A stretch of 64,000 nucleotides of DNA. Source: Longimicrobiales bacterium. GTDB taxonomy: Bacteria > Gemmatimonadota > Gemmatimonadetes > Longimicrobiales > Gaopeijiaceae. The stretch is from NCBI GenBank assembly GCA_965248195.1, contig CBDFIQ010000001.1, positions 1,376,001 through 1,440,000 on the forward strand. The letters run 5' to 3'. The translations under genes and the position numbers were made by a program. The notes beneath the pieces are model-generated. The model was not told the DNA's origin and ran no database searches. It saw only the letters and a list, made by a program, of their open reading frames with translations. Of this stretch, positions 18,747 to 28,601 are shown piece after piece; position 1 is the first letter of the stretch; each line of letters starts with the position of its first letter.

Positions 18747-20129
18747 ATGAGTAGAACGAAAGGTCTTCCGAATATCTGGGTAGCGCTCGCAGGCGCCGTG
18801 CTCGCTGGAACGGTGGCGTGGCCGCAGGCCGTCACCGCGCAGGACGTAAACTACACCCGCGACGTTGCACCCATCGTTCAGGAGAACTGTGTGAGGTGTC
18901 ATCGGGCGGGCACGGCTGCGCCGATGGTGCTCGACACCTACGAGCAAGTAAGGGCCTTTGCGCCATTGATCAAGCACTCGGTGCAGACGCGGACGATGCC
19001 ACCGGGCTGGTATATCGACCGGACCGTGGGGATCCAGGACTTCAAGAACAACCCGGCGCTCTCGGATCAGGAGATCGAGACGATCGCCAGTTGGGTGGAC
19101 TCGGGCATGGCGCCGGGCGACCTGTCGCAGCTGCCGGCGCCGGTTGAGTGGCGGGCAGACCACGAGTATTGGCAACTCGAGCAGGACCAGGGTTGGGGGC
19201 CACCGGACATGATCATCACGTCGCCACCGTTCACGGTTCCCGCCAATAGCGGCGATCAGTGGTGGGAGCCGGACGCAGCCCTAACTGATGTAATGGACGC
19301 GGAGCTAATAGCAAACAGGTGGGTCAGGGCGGTGGAGACGAGGCCCGCGGACTCTGAGAGCGGATACGTCTTTCATCACGCCAACACGAGTCTCTTTCGG
19401 CTCGATGACGACGAACGGCGCGGGGGGCTTTCCTCCTCCGCGGTCGGAAAAAGAACGGACATGTATCCGGAGGATGCCGGCAAGCTGATCCGGCCCGGCG
19501 ACCAGATCCACTTTTCGATGCACCTCTTCCCGATCGGGAGGGAAGTGGTCGACGCCATGATCCAAGTGGGCGTTTGGCTCTACCCAGAGGGAGAAGAGCC
19601 AAAGTACGCCACGAACGACGAGACTTCACACAATTCGGGTGAGAGTCGTGATCTAGGCCTGCCGCGATACACCGATCTGCTCATTCCGCCCCATGGATAC
19701 CAGATGTTGCGTGGCAACTTTGTGCTCGAGCGGAACGCGCGGGTTCATAGCATACGCGGCCATATGCACCTTCGAGGCGGGTATCAGATGATGGAGGCGA
19801 TCTATCCCGACGGCCGCCGGGAGGTGATCAACAAGATCGACTGGAACCATCTGTGGCACACCACGCACATCTACGAAGATTGGGCGCAGCCTCTGTTGCC
19901 GAAGGGCACGGTTATCATCGCCACCTCCTTGCTGGACAATACGGCGGACAATCCATCCAATCCCGACCCTGACCAATGGGTGGTCTACGGGAGGAGGAGC
20001 GTGAGCGAGATGGCCCACATCCGTTTCGGGATCACCTGGATCCCGGATGAGGACTTCGAGCAGATGGTCGCCGAGCGGGAGCGGCTCCTGAGGGACCGGG
20101 CCCGGCCCGCCGCCGACGGCGGGGGATGA
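18747..20129 (+). CDS. Secreted c-type cytochrome fused to a copper type II monooxygenase-like domain, copy 2
   Basis: CVRCH, FHHA, GHMHLRG, SEMAH; paralog of 1777-3165. Confidence 0.75.
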   Translation: MSRTKGLPNIWVALAGAVLAGTVAWPQAVTAQDVNYTRDVAPIVQENCVRCHRAGTAAPMVLDTYEQVRAFAPLIKHSVQTRTMPPGWYIDRTVGIQDFKNNPALSDQEIETIASWVDSGMAPGDLSQLPAPVEWRADHEYWQLEQDQGWGPPDMIITSPPFTVPANSGDQWWEPDAALTDVMDAELIANRWVRAVETRPADSESGYVFHHANTSLFRLDDDERRGGLSSSAVGKRTDMYPEDAGKLIRPGDQIHFSMHLFPIGREVVDAMIQVGVWLYPEGEEPKYATNDETSHNSGESRDLGLPRYTDLLIPPHGYQMLRGNFVLERNARVHSIRGHMHLRGGYQMMEAIYPDGRREVINKIDWNHLWHTTHIYEDWAQPLLPKGTVIIATSLLDNTADNPSNPDPDQWVVYGRRSVSEMAHIRFGITWIPDEDFEQMVAERERLLRDRARPAADGGG

Positions 20130-20301
20130 CCGCAGGCAGGAGGATGTAGGCGAGAGCCCGGCGCGGATTCAGTTCGGCGTCGGGCTCTCTGATTTTCTGC
20201 CCGCTGAGCTATTTCCCGCGCTCGCTCTTGGGATGGTGAGGTCAGCGCGCTTGCAGCGCCGGTTAGGGCGCTTGCAGCGCCAGACGCCTTAGACGCATCT
20301 T

Positions 20302-22140
20302 GTGCTTCATGATCGATCCCGTGTCCCTTGTGAATGCAACCGCTTGAGACGCTCGTCAAAGTATCTCGTCTCCGCCTTCGTAGGACTGGCCGCCGGACTC
20401 TGCGCGATCGCGGGGATGGTGTTGGGTCCCGGCCGCGGGTCCCTCATGACGGTGCCTCCGGTGGCGGATCCGGGCTGGCCGGGGGAGTGGGCACCCGCCC
20501 TTGTTCCTGCCTCCGCCGGGCAGGAATTAGCCTTTACAAGTTTGCTGGGCCTCCTAACAGTGGCGCTTCTGCTAGCTGCCGGCGCCGCCCTGGTATGTGG
20601 TGTCCTGCTCCTGGCGGAGGAGCGCATTGCTGCGACGCGGTCCGTGGCCATCGAGTCTGCGCTTGGCATCGATCGATGGCGTCTTACGCTCCAGCTCGTG
20701 CGGGATGTCGGAGTCCGGGGGCGTAGGGCCGGTGTTGTGGCGCTGGGCGTGGTGCTTTTTTGTGGCCTCGGCATCCGGGTCACCTGGCCGGCCCAGGTGC
20801 TCGGATGGTCTTGGCTCGATGGGGCGTTGACGTTCGGCGCGGTCGTGGCTGCCACGGGGGTCGTAATCGCGACAGCGGTTCTTCCCGGACTCGCGATCTG
20901 GAGGCACAGGCGGCTATTTCTTTTCCTTTCTCGGCAAAGCTCCAGCCTACCGGATCGAGGGGAGTCGTTCGGGCGGGACGTAGCGGTGGTCTGCCAGATT
21001 GCCGTCGCCGTCTCGGTACTCGTGTTGATCGGTGGGCTCGTCGGCTCGAGTCCGGAGCGCGCTGGAGTGGACGCTCTGGGAGAAGACACGATCGCAATCC
21101 CGGTGGAGGTTGCGGCGTCCACCCCGGCGCCGTCGCGTACCCGGCTGTACGAATCACTCCTGGCTGGGTTGGCAGAGCGGCCCGACGTCGAGGCGGAGAG
21201 CATCGCTAGTTCCGGTGCGCTGCTTGGCTTGGGAGCCAACGGTGTGGTGGTGGCTCAATGCGGGCGATGCATCATCGGGTTGATTCCTGTGCCCTTCCTG
21301 AACGCCACGGCCGACCATCACGCGGTGGGGCCGGGCTTCTTCGGGTTGGTCGGCTATGAAATCGTCAGCGGTCGTGAGTTTACGCCTGCCGATGTCTTGG
21401 GCTCCGACCGAGTGGCGATCGTCAACAGGAGCTTTGCCAACAGGTATTTCGAGCGGGGGGATCCGCTCGGGAGAGGCATCCAGGTCGGCGGCCCGCGTGG
21501 AGATTGGTTCGACGTCATCGGCGTCGTGGAGGAGCCCCGGGCCGTGGCGATGGGGGCGCGGTCCTCACAACGGCCGACGCTATATCTGTCTGCGCTCCAG
21601 GTGCCTCCGACCCGGGCCACCTTGATCGTCCGGCCGAGCTCTTCCTCGGCCGCGGACGTTGAACGCCTGGCTGCTCTGATACCTCTCGGTGTGGCTTCAG
21701 GCCCACCGAGTACGGTTGCCAACATCCGGAGGACGTCCTGGGCTCCTCTTTCATGGCTGAGACAGGCGCTCCTGGCCGTGGCGGCTATCGCCCTTTTCGT
21801 TGTGGTGGCCGCGGTGCGAGCGGTGATGCGTGTGTCGGTGGAGCGTACCGCAGCAGAGATCGGCCTTCGCATGGCCGTCGGGGCCACCCCCGCGAGAATC
21901 AGGGCACTCGTGATTCGTCGATCCCTCAATCGTCTCGGCTGGGGTACCGTTATCGGCCTTTTCTTTGGGCTGGTTTTCTTGGGCAGACTCCAGCTCGTGA
22001 TCCCGGAAATCTCGCCTCCACCGATTGAGTGGGTTTTGGTCTGGACGTCGTTCCTGTCTCTCGTCGCGGTGTGGGGCGCCTGGGGCCCGGCCAGGGATTC
22101 GGCGAGCCAAGACCCTGCCCGGGTGCTATCCAGGGGATAG
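20302..22140 (+). CDS. MacB/FtsX-like ABC permease (start uncertain, possibly 5'-truncated)
   Basis: VGPGFF...GREFT...VAIVNRSFA, VIGVV, EIGLRMAVGATP. Confidence 0.75.
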   Translation: MLHDRSRVPCECNRLRRSSKYLVSAFVGLAAGLCAIAGMVLGPGRGSLMTVPPVADPGWPGEWAPALVPASAGQELAFTSLLGLLTVALLLAAGAALVCGVLLLAEERIAATRSVAIESALGIDRWRLTLQLVRDVGVRGRRAGVVALGVVLFCGLGIRVTWPAQVLGWSWLDGALTFGAVVAATGVVIATAVLPGLAIWRHRRLFLFLSRQSSSLPDRGESFGRDVAVVCQIAVAVSVLVLIGGLVGSSPERAGVDALGEDTIAIPVEVAASTPAPSRTRLYESLLAGLAERPDVEAESIASSGALLGLGANGVVVAQCGRCIIGLIPVPFLNATADHHAVGPGFFGLVGYEIVSGREFTPADVLGSDRVAIVNRSFANRYFERGDPLGRGIQVGGPRGDWFDVIGVVEEPRAVAMGARSSQRPTLYLSALQVPPTRATLIVRPSSSSAADVERLAALIPLGVASGPPSTVANIRRTSWAPLSWLRQALLAVAAIALFVVVAAVRAVMRVSVERTAAEIGLRMAVGATPARIRALVIRRSLNRLGWGTVIGLFFGLVFLGRLQLVIPEISPPPIEWVLVWTSFLSLVAVWGAWGPARDSASQDPARVLSRG

Positions 22141-22148
22141 TCGTCGCA

Positions 22149-23165
22149 ATGGGCCTTTGCTTTTCCTTCCCTCGTTGGCGGATCGGAAATAGGAATCGAA
22201 CGTGGGTTACTACGCTCTGTCTCGTCACAGCCGTAGCCGGCGCCTGCACGGAGCCAAGCAACGCACGGGGTTGGGAGTGCGTCGCGCCGGCCAACGCCGG
22301 CGGGGGGTGGGACCTCACGTGTCGGTCGGTCGGTCGCGTCTTCTCCGAGTTGGGCCTATCACCTGGTCTCGTTCGCACGACGAATCTGCCTGGTGCCGGA
22401 GGTGGGGTCGCCTTCGCCCGGATGGTCTCGCAGCGCGGTGACGATCCGAACGTCCTGATCGCGGCGAGCCCTTCGACCACTCTTCGGCTCGCGCAGGGGC
22501 AGTACGGCCCGCTCACCGTGGACGATGTCCGGTGGATCGGGGCGCTCGGCGCCGAGTACGGCGTGTTGGCCGTCGCCGCGAACGCACCTTTTCGGACCCT
22601 GGACGACCTCTTGGCCGCGTGGCGGCGGGATCCGGCGAGCGCCGTCGTGAGCGGCGGCTCGGCGGTCGCGGGTCAGGACCACATGAAGGTGCTGCTGCTC
22701 GCTCACCGCGCCGGGATCGACCCCCGTCGTATACGTTACGTGCCCTTCGACGGAGGCGGCGAAGCGATGACAGCACTCCTAGGGGACTTCGTGCAAGTCT
22801 TTTCGGGCGAAGGGTCCGAGGTGGAAGGGCAGGTCGACGCGGGACGACTGCGCGTGCTCGTGGTGCTTTCTCCGGAGCGACTCGAGGGTCCGCTAGCTTC
22901 GGTGCCCACAGCACGGGAGTCCGGTATCGATGTCACCTGGGTGACGTGGCGCGGCTTCTACGTACCGGGTGAGATCGACGACGGGCAGTACGATCGCTGG
23001 GTCGACGTCCTGGATCGCGTCGGCCAGTCGAATGCTTGGGAGGAGGCTCGGGCGGTGACCCGGCTGCAGCCGTTCTTCCTTGTCGGGGACGAGTTCGCCG
23101 CGTTCGTGCGAGCGCAAGTCGGGGACTTCCAGGAGATGTCGCGGGAGATCGGCTTGATCCCATGA
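22149..23165 (+). CDS. tctC: Tripartite tricarboxylate transporter substrate-binding protein
   Basis: APANAGGGWDLTCR, NLPGAGG, YVPFDGGGEAMTALLG, WRGFY. Confidence 0.92.
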   Translation: MGLCFSFPRWRIGNRNRTWVTTLCLVTAVAGACTEPSNARGWECVAPANAGGGWDLTCRSVGRVFSELGLSPGLVRTTNLPGAGGGVAFARMVSQRGDDPNVLIAASPSTTLRLAQGQYGPLTVDDVRWIGALGAEYGVLAVAANAPFRTLDDLLAAWRRDPASAVVSGGSAVAGQDHMKVLLLAHRAGIDPRRIRYVPFDGGGEAMTALLGDFVQVFSGEGSEVEGQVDAGRLRVLVVLSPERLEGPLASVPTARESGIDVTWVTWRGFYVPGEIDDGQYDRWVDVLDRVGQSNAWEEARAVTRLQPFFLVGDEFAAFVRAQVGDFQEMSREIGLIP

Positions 23166-23599
23166 CGAGGGATCGCGTTCCCGGCCTTCTGCTGGCTATC
23201 GCTGGTGCGGCCGCGGGGCTCGAGGCCACGACCTTCGACGTCAACTTCATGACGGATCCGGTAGGGCCCAAGGCGCTACCGTACCTCGCGGCGCTCACTC
23301 TGGTTTTCGCGGGCCTCCACGCAGCGGCGCGGCCGCAGAGCGATACCCGTTGGCCGTCCCGGCAGATGTTCTGGAAGCTCGCTGGAGCGACGGGTGCGTT
23401 CCTGCTGTACGCGGTCGCGCTCGGGTTTCTTGGGTTCTTCCTCTCTACGACGCTTGTCGTCGCAGCGCTTTCGCACCTGTATGGGGCCTCACCTCGGCGC
23501 GGCGTCCCCGCCGCCGCGCTGCTTTCGGCCGGGCTCTTGCTGCTTTTCGTCCAGATTCTGGCACTTCCCTTACCGATCGGTGAGCTGTGGATTCGCTGA
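23162..23599 (+). CDS. tctB: Tripartite tricarboxylate transporter small permease
   Basis: DPVGPKALP, about 4 TM segments, LPLPIG; between tctC and tctA. Confidence 0.88.
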   Translation: MTRDRVPGLLLAIAGAAAGLEATTFDVNFMTDPVGPKALPYLAALTLVFAGLHAAARPQSDTRWPSRQMFWKLAGATGAFLLYAVALGFLGFFLSTTLVVAALSHLYGASPRRGVPAAALLSAGLLLLFVQILALPLPIGELWIR

Positions 23600-25101
23600 G
23601 CCACCTCGCCGGGGGCTTCGCCATCGCCCTTCAGCCGTTGAACCTGGGACTGGTGTTCGGTGGCGTGTTGGTCGGGACGTTCGTCGGAATGTTGCCGGGA
23701 ATCGGGCCGATCAACGCGATCGCGATCCTCATCCCGATAACGTTTACCATGGGCCTCCCGCCAGAATCCGCGCTGATCCTGTTGGTCGGCATCTACTACG
23801 GATCGCAGTATGGAAACTCCATCAGCACGATCCTCCTCAATGTTCCGGGAACCGCATCGGCAGTCGTCACAGCGATCGACGGGTACGCGCTGACCAGGGC
23901 AGGCCGGGGAGGGCCTGCGCTGGCGATGGCGGCGGTCGCATCGTTCGTTGGAGGGACCTGCTCTGTTTTCGCCCTCGTGCTCTTCGCCCCTGTGCTCTCC
24001 GGCTGGGCAATCCGCTTCGGGCCGGCCGAATACTTCGCACTCATGGTCTTCGCCTTCTCGGCGCTCTCGAGCTTTTCGGGCGGCAGCTTGATTCGCGGCC
24101 TCGCTGCAACCGCCTTCGGCCTCTGGCTCGCGACGGTGGGGCTGGACCCGAACAGTGGGATCCCTCGTTACACATTCGGGCAGGTTCAACTCCTCGACGG
24201 CATGGACTTCGTCGTCGTGACGATCGGCCTTTTCGCCGTAAGCGAAGTCCTGCACCTCCTCGAGGAGACCGAGCGCGGCCAGGAAGTCGTCGCCACTTAC
24301 GGGAGCGTCATGCTCACGATCGGGGAGCTCGGCCAGTCTGCCTGGTCGATGATCCGGGGCAGCGTGCTCGGCTTCCTGGTTGGCGTCCTGCCGGGAGCGG
24401 GCGGCACGATCGCCTCCTTCCTGGCGTACAGCACGGAGCAGCGGATCGCGGGCCCGGAAGGTCGTTTCGGTCAAGGAGACATGCGCGGGGTTGCCGCGCC
24501 CGGTGCTGCGGACAACGCCGCCGCGAACGGGGCGATGATCCCGCTTCTCACGCTCGGCGTGCCGGGGAGCGGCACGACAGCCGTGCTGCTCGGAGCCCTC
24601 CTCGGCCTGGGCATAACACCCGGACCGCTGCTGATTCAAGAGCAGCCCGACATCTTCTGGGGCCTCGCAGCGTCCATGTACGTCGGAAACGTCCTCCTGC
24701 TGCTCCTCAACCTCCCCCTGGTCGGGATCTTCGTCCGGGCGCTGACGCTGCCCCGGTGGTTCCTAATCCCAGGCGTCGCCGCACTCGCCTTCGTCGCCGT
24801 GTACGCCGTGAACGGTAGCTCGTTCGACCTCGTCCTGATGACGCTCTTCGGGGTCGCCGGGTACCTCATGCGCAAGCTCCACTTCCCCCTCGCTCCGGTC
24901 GTGCTGGGACTTGTGCTCGGGCCCCTGATGGAGAGGAATTTGCGTCGCGCCATGGCTTTGTCGGGCGGAGAGTGGAGCGTACTCTTCGATTCCGGTATCG
25001 CGATCACGCTCTGGGGTCTCGCGCTGGCGAGCCTCGTGCTCCCCACCATCCTCAAGCGGTGGTCGAACGATAGGCCCGCAGACGCTTCGCGGCTTGGCTA
25101 G
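23587..25101 (+). CDS. tctA: Tripartite tricarboxylate transporter large permease
   Basis: GMLPGIG, YYGSQYG..I..ILLNVPG, IPLLTLGVPGS. Confidence 0.95.
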   Translation: MDSLSHLAGGFAIALQPLNLGLVFGGVLVGTFVGMLPGIGPINAIAILIPITFTMGLPPESALILLVGIYYGSQYGNSISTILLNVPGTASAVVTAIDGYALTRAGRGGPALAMAAVASFVGGTCSVFALVLFAPVLSGWAIRFGPAEYFALMVFAFSALSSFSGGSLIRGLAATAFGLWLATVGLDPNSGIPRYTFGQVQLLDGMDFVVVTIGLFAVSEVLHLLEETERGQEVVATYGSVMLTIGELGQSAWSMIRGSVLGFLVGVLPGAGGTIASFLAYSTEQRIAGPEGRFGQGDMRGVAAPGAADNAAANGAMIPLLTLGVPGSGTTAVLLGALLGLGITPGPLLIQEQPDIFWGLAASMYVGNVLLLLLNLPLVGIFVRALTLPRWFLIPGVAALAFVAVYAVNGSSFDLVLMTLFGVAGYLMRKLHFPLAPVVLGLVLGPLMERNLRRAMALSGGEWSVLFDSGIAITLWGLALASLVLPTILKRWSNDRPADASRLG

Positions 25102-25125
25102 TTCGACCTAAGCACCCCCCGCTGC

Positions 25126-25566
25126 CTACCGCCTGCAGCTGCTCTCGGCGGGCGTCAAGAAAGAGAGGTCGTACTTGAGCGTGCCCCCCGGCTCGAGTCT
25201 GACCCGCCAGTGCAAGCTCTCCCCTAAGTGAACCGGCCAGGCGAGCTGCGAATCCATCCCGACCGGATCGAACTCGAGCATGACTTTTCCGACCGCTTTT
25301 GGAATCGGTATACAATTGCGGCCACCGGTGGCCGTTCCCAGCCTGAAGCCGTTCAGACGGACCGCGATGTGATCGCCCGAGGCGTTCTCCACGAGAAGCG
25401 TGGGGATCCGCGAGTCGGAACGGCTGGTGCGGTCCAGTCTCGAGATCGGAGCCGAGCCCTCATCCCTCCCGGGGAAACCTTCCAGGCGGGCGGATCCTCC
25501 GGCTGTTGCGCACGCGCTCGAGAAAAAGATCAGGTACACTGCCAGTGGGACTCCACGTCCACTCAT
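25126..25566 (-). CDS. Hypothetical lipoprotein
   Basis: GGAGG upstream of MSGRG; lipobox SSAC. Confidence 0.55.
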   Translation of the reverse strand: MSGRGVPLAVYLIFFSSACATAGGSARLEGFPGRDEGSAPISRLDRTSRSDSRIPTLLVENASGDHIAVRLNGFRLGTATGGRNCIPIPKAVGKVMLEFDPVGMDSQLAWPVHLGESLHWRVRLEPGGTLKYDLSFLTPAESSCRR

Positions 25567-25808
25567 CTTCCACCTCCCTGTTGTCCCTGCGCCCATTCAG
25601 GGGCGCTTCGATGCCCGGGTCCCCCGACCCGGTCAATACCAGTACGAGCTCGATACGCTCGCGGGGTTGCACGAGTGGACCCGCGACCCAAGGCTCGGAT
25701 GCTCTTCTTTCCCCCACTTCATCGTCGTCATCCTCCCAGACGGTCACCCAGTCGCCACGTGGTCTCGGACCCACTCGTGCTCCCAAAGCTCCTCACTTGC
25801 AGACCCGC

Positions 25809-25856
25809 CATTGTATCGGTACATTGTATCGGTTAATGTTGGATATTGTGTCGGGT
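25809..25856. promoter_or_regulatory. Direct repeats CATTGTATCGGT x2 plus ATTGTGTCGGGT; putative MocR-family operator
   Basis: AT-rich repeated boxes in the divergent intergenic region upstream of the MocR gene. Confidence 0.6.
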
Positions 25857-25908
25857 CAAGAACCGTATATGCGGTACATTTCGCTGTCAATAGGCGAGGA
25901 ATATTACC

Positions 25909-27309
25909 ATGACAATGTGGAAGCCAGAGATCGAAGACGGAGCTCCGCGCTACATCGCCATCGCCGACGCGATCGGGCGTGACGTGGCCGGCGGCGTCCT
26001 GGCTGAAGGGACGCGGCTTCCGACGCATCGCGAGCTCGCGGAGGCGCTCGGGATGTGGGTGGGGACCGTGACCCGAGGGTATGCCGAGGCGCAACGCCGC
26101 GGACTCACGGCCGGTGAGGTCGGCCGTGGAACCTTCGTCCGCACCCGGCCGGAGCCCGAGGACTTCGGCTGGCGCGACGCCGCCCAGGAAGATGCGGGGA
26201 GCGGAGTGATCGACATGAGTCTCGCCTGCCCATGGGTCCCGCCCGACGGTGAAGAGGGCCGACTGCTAGCGCAGACGTTGACGCAGGTGGCGGCGTCCCG
26301 ATCCCTGGACGAGCTGATGTGTTACGAGGCCTCGTCAGCGCTTCCCCGCCACCGCGCCGTTGCGGCGAAGTGGCTAGGTGAGTTGGGGCTACCTGTCTCG
26401 CCCGAAAGGATCGTCGTCACGAACGGGGCCCAGCACGCCATGACGGTTATCCTGGCGGCGCTGCTGCGGGCAGGAGACACGCTGATGACGGCCGAGCTGA
26501 CGTATCCGGGGCTCAAAGCGGTGGCGCAGATGCTGGGTCTCAACGTCCGCGGCGTGCCCATGGATGACGAGGGCATCGTGCCCGACGCGCTCGACACCAT
26601 GTGCGCGGAGTCACCGGCGCAGGCCCTCTATTGTGTTCCGACTATCCAGAACCCTACCGGAGCGACGATGTCGGAGGAGCGCCGAAGGAGTGTCGCCGAA
26701 GTCGCACGAAAACACGATCTGATCGTCGTCGAGGACGAGATTGACGTGGCGCTCGCGGATGAGCGCATCACGCCGATCGCCACATTCGCGCCCGAGCGCA
26801 CGCTGCACATCACGACGCTCACCAAGTGGGCCACGTTCGGTCTCCGTATCGGATTCATCGCCACGCCGGAGGGAGCGGTCGAGCGGATCCGCTCGGGAGT
26901 CCGGTCGAGCCTTTGGATGCCGGCACCGCTCATGACCGAGATTGCCACACGCTGGATCACGGACGGTACCGCCGAGCGGCTGGCCCAGCGCAAACTCGAG
27001 GAGCTCGAGGCGAGGCACGAGATCGTGCGCGAAGTGCTGGGGCGCCAAAGCGTCGACGCCCACCCACGCTCGCTCCACGTCTGGGTCCACCTGCCGGAGC
27101 CGCTTCGGAGTGACGAGTGTGTCGCACAGGCCAGGCAACGCGGTGTGTTGATCGCTGGGGCGGAGGCCTTCGCCGTCGGGCGCGACGTACCGCACGCCGT
27201 GCGAGTCTCCATCGCTGCCGTGCCGCATCGAGAGGACGTTCGGCGGGGCCTGAATGTCCTCGCGGAGATCCTCGATGGTATCACCGACCCGTGCGTCGAG
27301 ATCCTGTGA
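25909..27309 (+). CDS. MocR/GabR-family PLP-dependent transcriptional regulator
   Basis: N-terminal GntR HTH (LPTHRELAEAL...GEVGRGTFV) plus class I aminotransferase domain (TNGAQHA, QNPTG, GLRIG). Confidence 0.95.
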   Translation: MTMWKPEIEDGAPRYIAIADAIGRDVAGGVLAEGTRLPTHRELAEALGMWVGTVTRGYAEAQRRGLTAGEVGRGTFVRTRPEPEDFGWRDAAQEDAGSGVIDMSLACPWVPPDGEEGRLLAQTLTQVAASRSLDELMCYEASSALPRHRAVAAKWLGELGLPVSPERIVVTNGAQHAMTVILAALLRAGDTLMTAELTYPGLKAVAQMLGLNVRGVPMDDEGIVPDALDTMCAESPAQALYCVPTIQNPTGATMSEERRRSVAEVARKHDLIVVEDEIDVALADERITPIATFAPERTLHITTLTKWATFGLRIGFIATPEGAVERIRSGVRSSLWMPAPLMTEIATRWITDGTAERLAQRKLEELEARHEIVREVLGRQSVDAHPRSLHVWVHLPEPLRSDECVAQARQRGVLIAGAEAFAVGRDVPHAVRVSIAAVPHREDVRRGLNVLAEILDGITDPCVEIL

Positions 27310-27364
27310 GTCGCGCCTCCAGAAAGAGAAGGTGGGCGAGGGCGTTCAAGCTGCTCACCTCCGT

Positions 27365-28426
27365 TCAGCGCTGGTTTCGAGCCGCCTGTCTTTCTTGGTA
27401 ACGTGCGCCGCGAAGGATGTTCGAGAGAGCGTAGTTTCCCTCATGACACGCATACTCGTAGAGCACGTCCTCGAACTTTCTGAAGTCCATCTCGCCGCCC
27501 CACAGCTCGGTGTACGTGGTGGGATCGTCGATCGTGAACTCGTAGTTGATGATTCTCTCGTCGACGCGGGTGAAGCGCTCGATCACCTTCAATTCGTCCG
27601 TGGGGTAGATCCCACGGAGTGTGTGAAGGGGATGGAAATTGGTGGTCTCGACCACGAGCGTATTACCCTCCCAGCGACCCCAGGAATCGCCCATCCACGG
27701 ACGCACGTAATCGGGCAGCGGTTCTCTCTCTAGCTTGATGATCCGTGCGTCGTGGACCACCTCGGCGTAGATCAACACGTAGTCCGCCGTCTGCACGATC
27801 GTGTAGTTGTTGTTGTAGCCGGCGTTCGGCAGCATGGGCGGCCCGGCGTTCTGGTCGAACAACAGACATCGCTCGATCAGTGGTCGAAGCTCGGGGTGGT
27901 CGAACTGCCCGAACTGGCCCCTGAACTCGCCGCGCTCCTGCTCGCGCCGGCGCCCCTCGGGGCTGAGCTGGGGCCTGCGGCCGTCGGGCGGAACCGTGAT
28001 TATCGAGCTTCTGGGCTCGCCGTTGACGACCACCACCTGGCCACCCCGATCGTAGTAGATCTCGTTGTAGCTTCGGCCGATTCGGCCGGTTATCGGCGGT
28101 GGGGGGCGGTTCGGGTCGCTCGGCTGGGAGCCCACCCTGACCCGTTCCGCGAACCTGCCCTCGATCGTCTCGACCTCTTCCGGGGTCAAGACCGCGCCTT
28201 GACCTTGGGGTCGCTCCATAGGGGTGAGCGTCCCGTTGGTCCAGTTTCCTTGGAGGTCCGGATGACCATACGGAGTCCGAGGTACGACCCAACGTTGAGC
28301 CGCGGCGGGGGAGTGAACGCCTGCCGCAGCGGGGGAGAGAACGCCTGCCGCAGCGGGGGAGAGAACGCCTGCCGCAGCGGTCGCAAGGCACAGACCAAGA
28401 AGCGAGGTCGAGTATCGCGTGCCCAT
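27365..28426 (-). CDS. Conserved hypothetical secreted protein
   Basis: PRTPYGHPDLQGNW, WMGDSWGRWEGNTLVVETTNF, YEYACHEGNY. Confidence 0.85.
   Translation of the reverse strand: MGTRYSTSLLGLCLATAAAGVLSPAAAGVLSPAAAGVHSPAAAQRWVVPRTPYGHPDLQGNWTNGTLTPMERPQGQGAVLTPEEVETIEGRFAERVRVGSQPSDPNRPPPPITGRIGRSYNEIYYDRGGQVVVVNGEPRSSIITVPPDGRRPQLSPEGRRREQERGEFRGQFGQFDHPELRPLIERCLLFDQNAGPPMLPNAGYNNNYTIVQTADYVLIYAEVVHDARIIKLEREPLPDYVRPWMGDSWGRWEGNTLVVETTNFHPLHTLRGIYPTDELKVIERFTRVDERIINYEFTIDDPTTYTELWGGEMDFRKFEDVLYEYACHEGNYALSNILRGARYQERQAARNQR
28302..28380. repeat. 24-bp tandem repeat x3 in the signal peptide (AAAGVLSP units)
   Basis: gcagcgggggagagaacgcctgcc-type units in tandem. Confidence 0.9.
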
Positions 28427-28601
28427 CTCACGGCCCTCCAGTCGCTGGGATTCCTACGTGGGATTCCCGCTCATGAACTCTGCCACAATAGCCCTTGGCA
28501 CACGACTTCGCTCGTCGAGGTCCCGAGTGAGGCCCCCTCCGTTGATGGAGCCGGGTGCCGCCTTGGACGTGGAGAGCGACGCGCTCCCGACCCTTCGCGT
28601 T

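Noticed and set aside
20220..20300. GCGCTTGCAGCGCC short repeats
   Set aside because: Low-complexity intergenic repeats with no evident structure or linkage.
25633..25731. 32-codon minus-strand ORF (MTTMKWGKEEH...) with GGAGG RBS, divergent from MocR
   Set aside because: Too short, with no recognisable similarity; cannot be supported without homologs.
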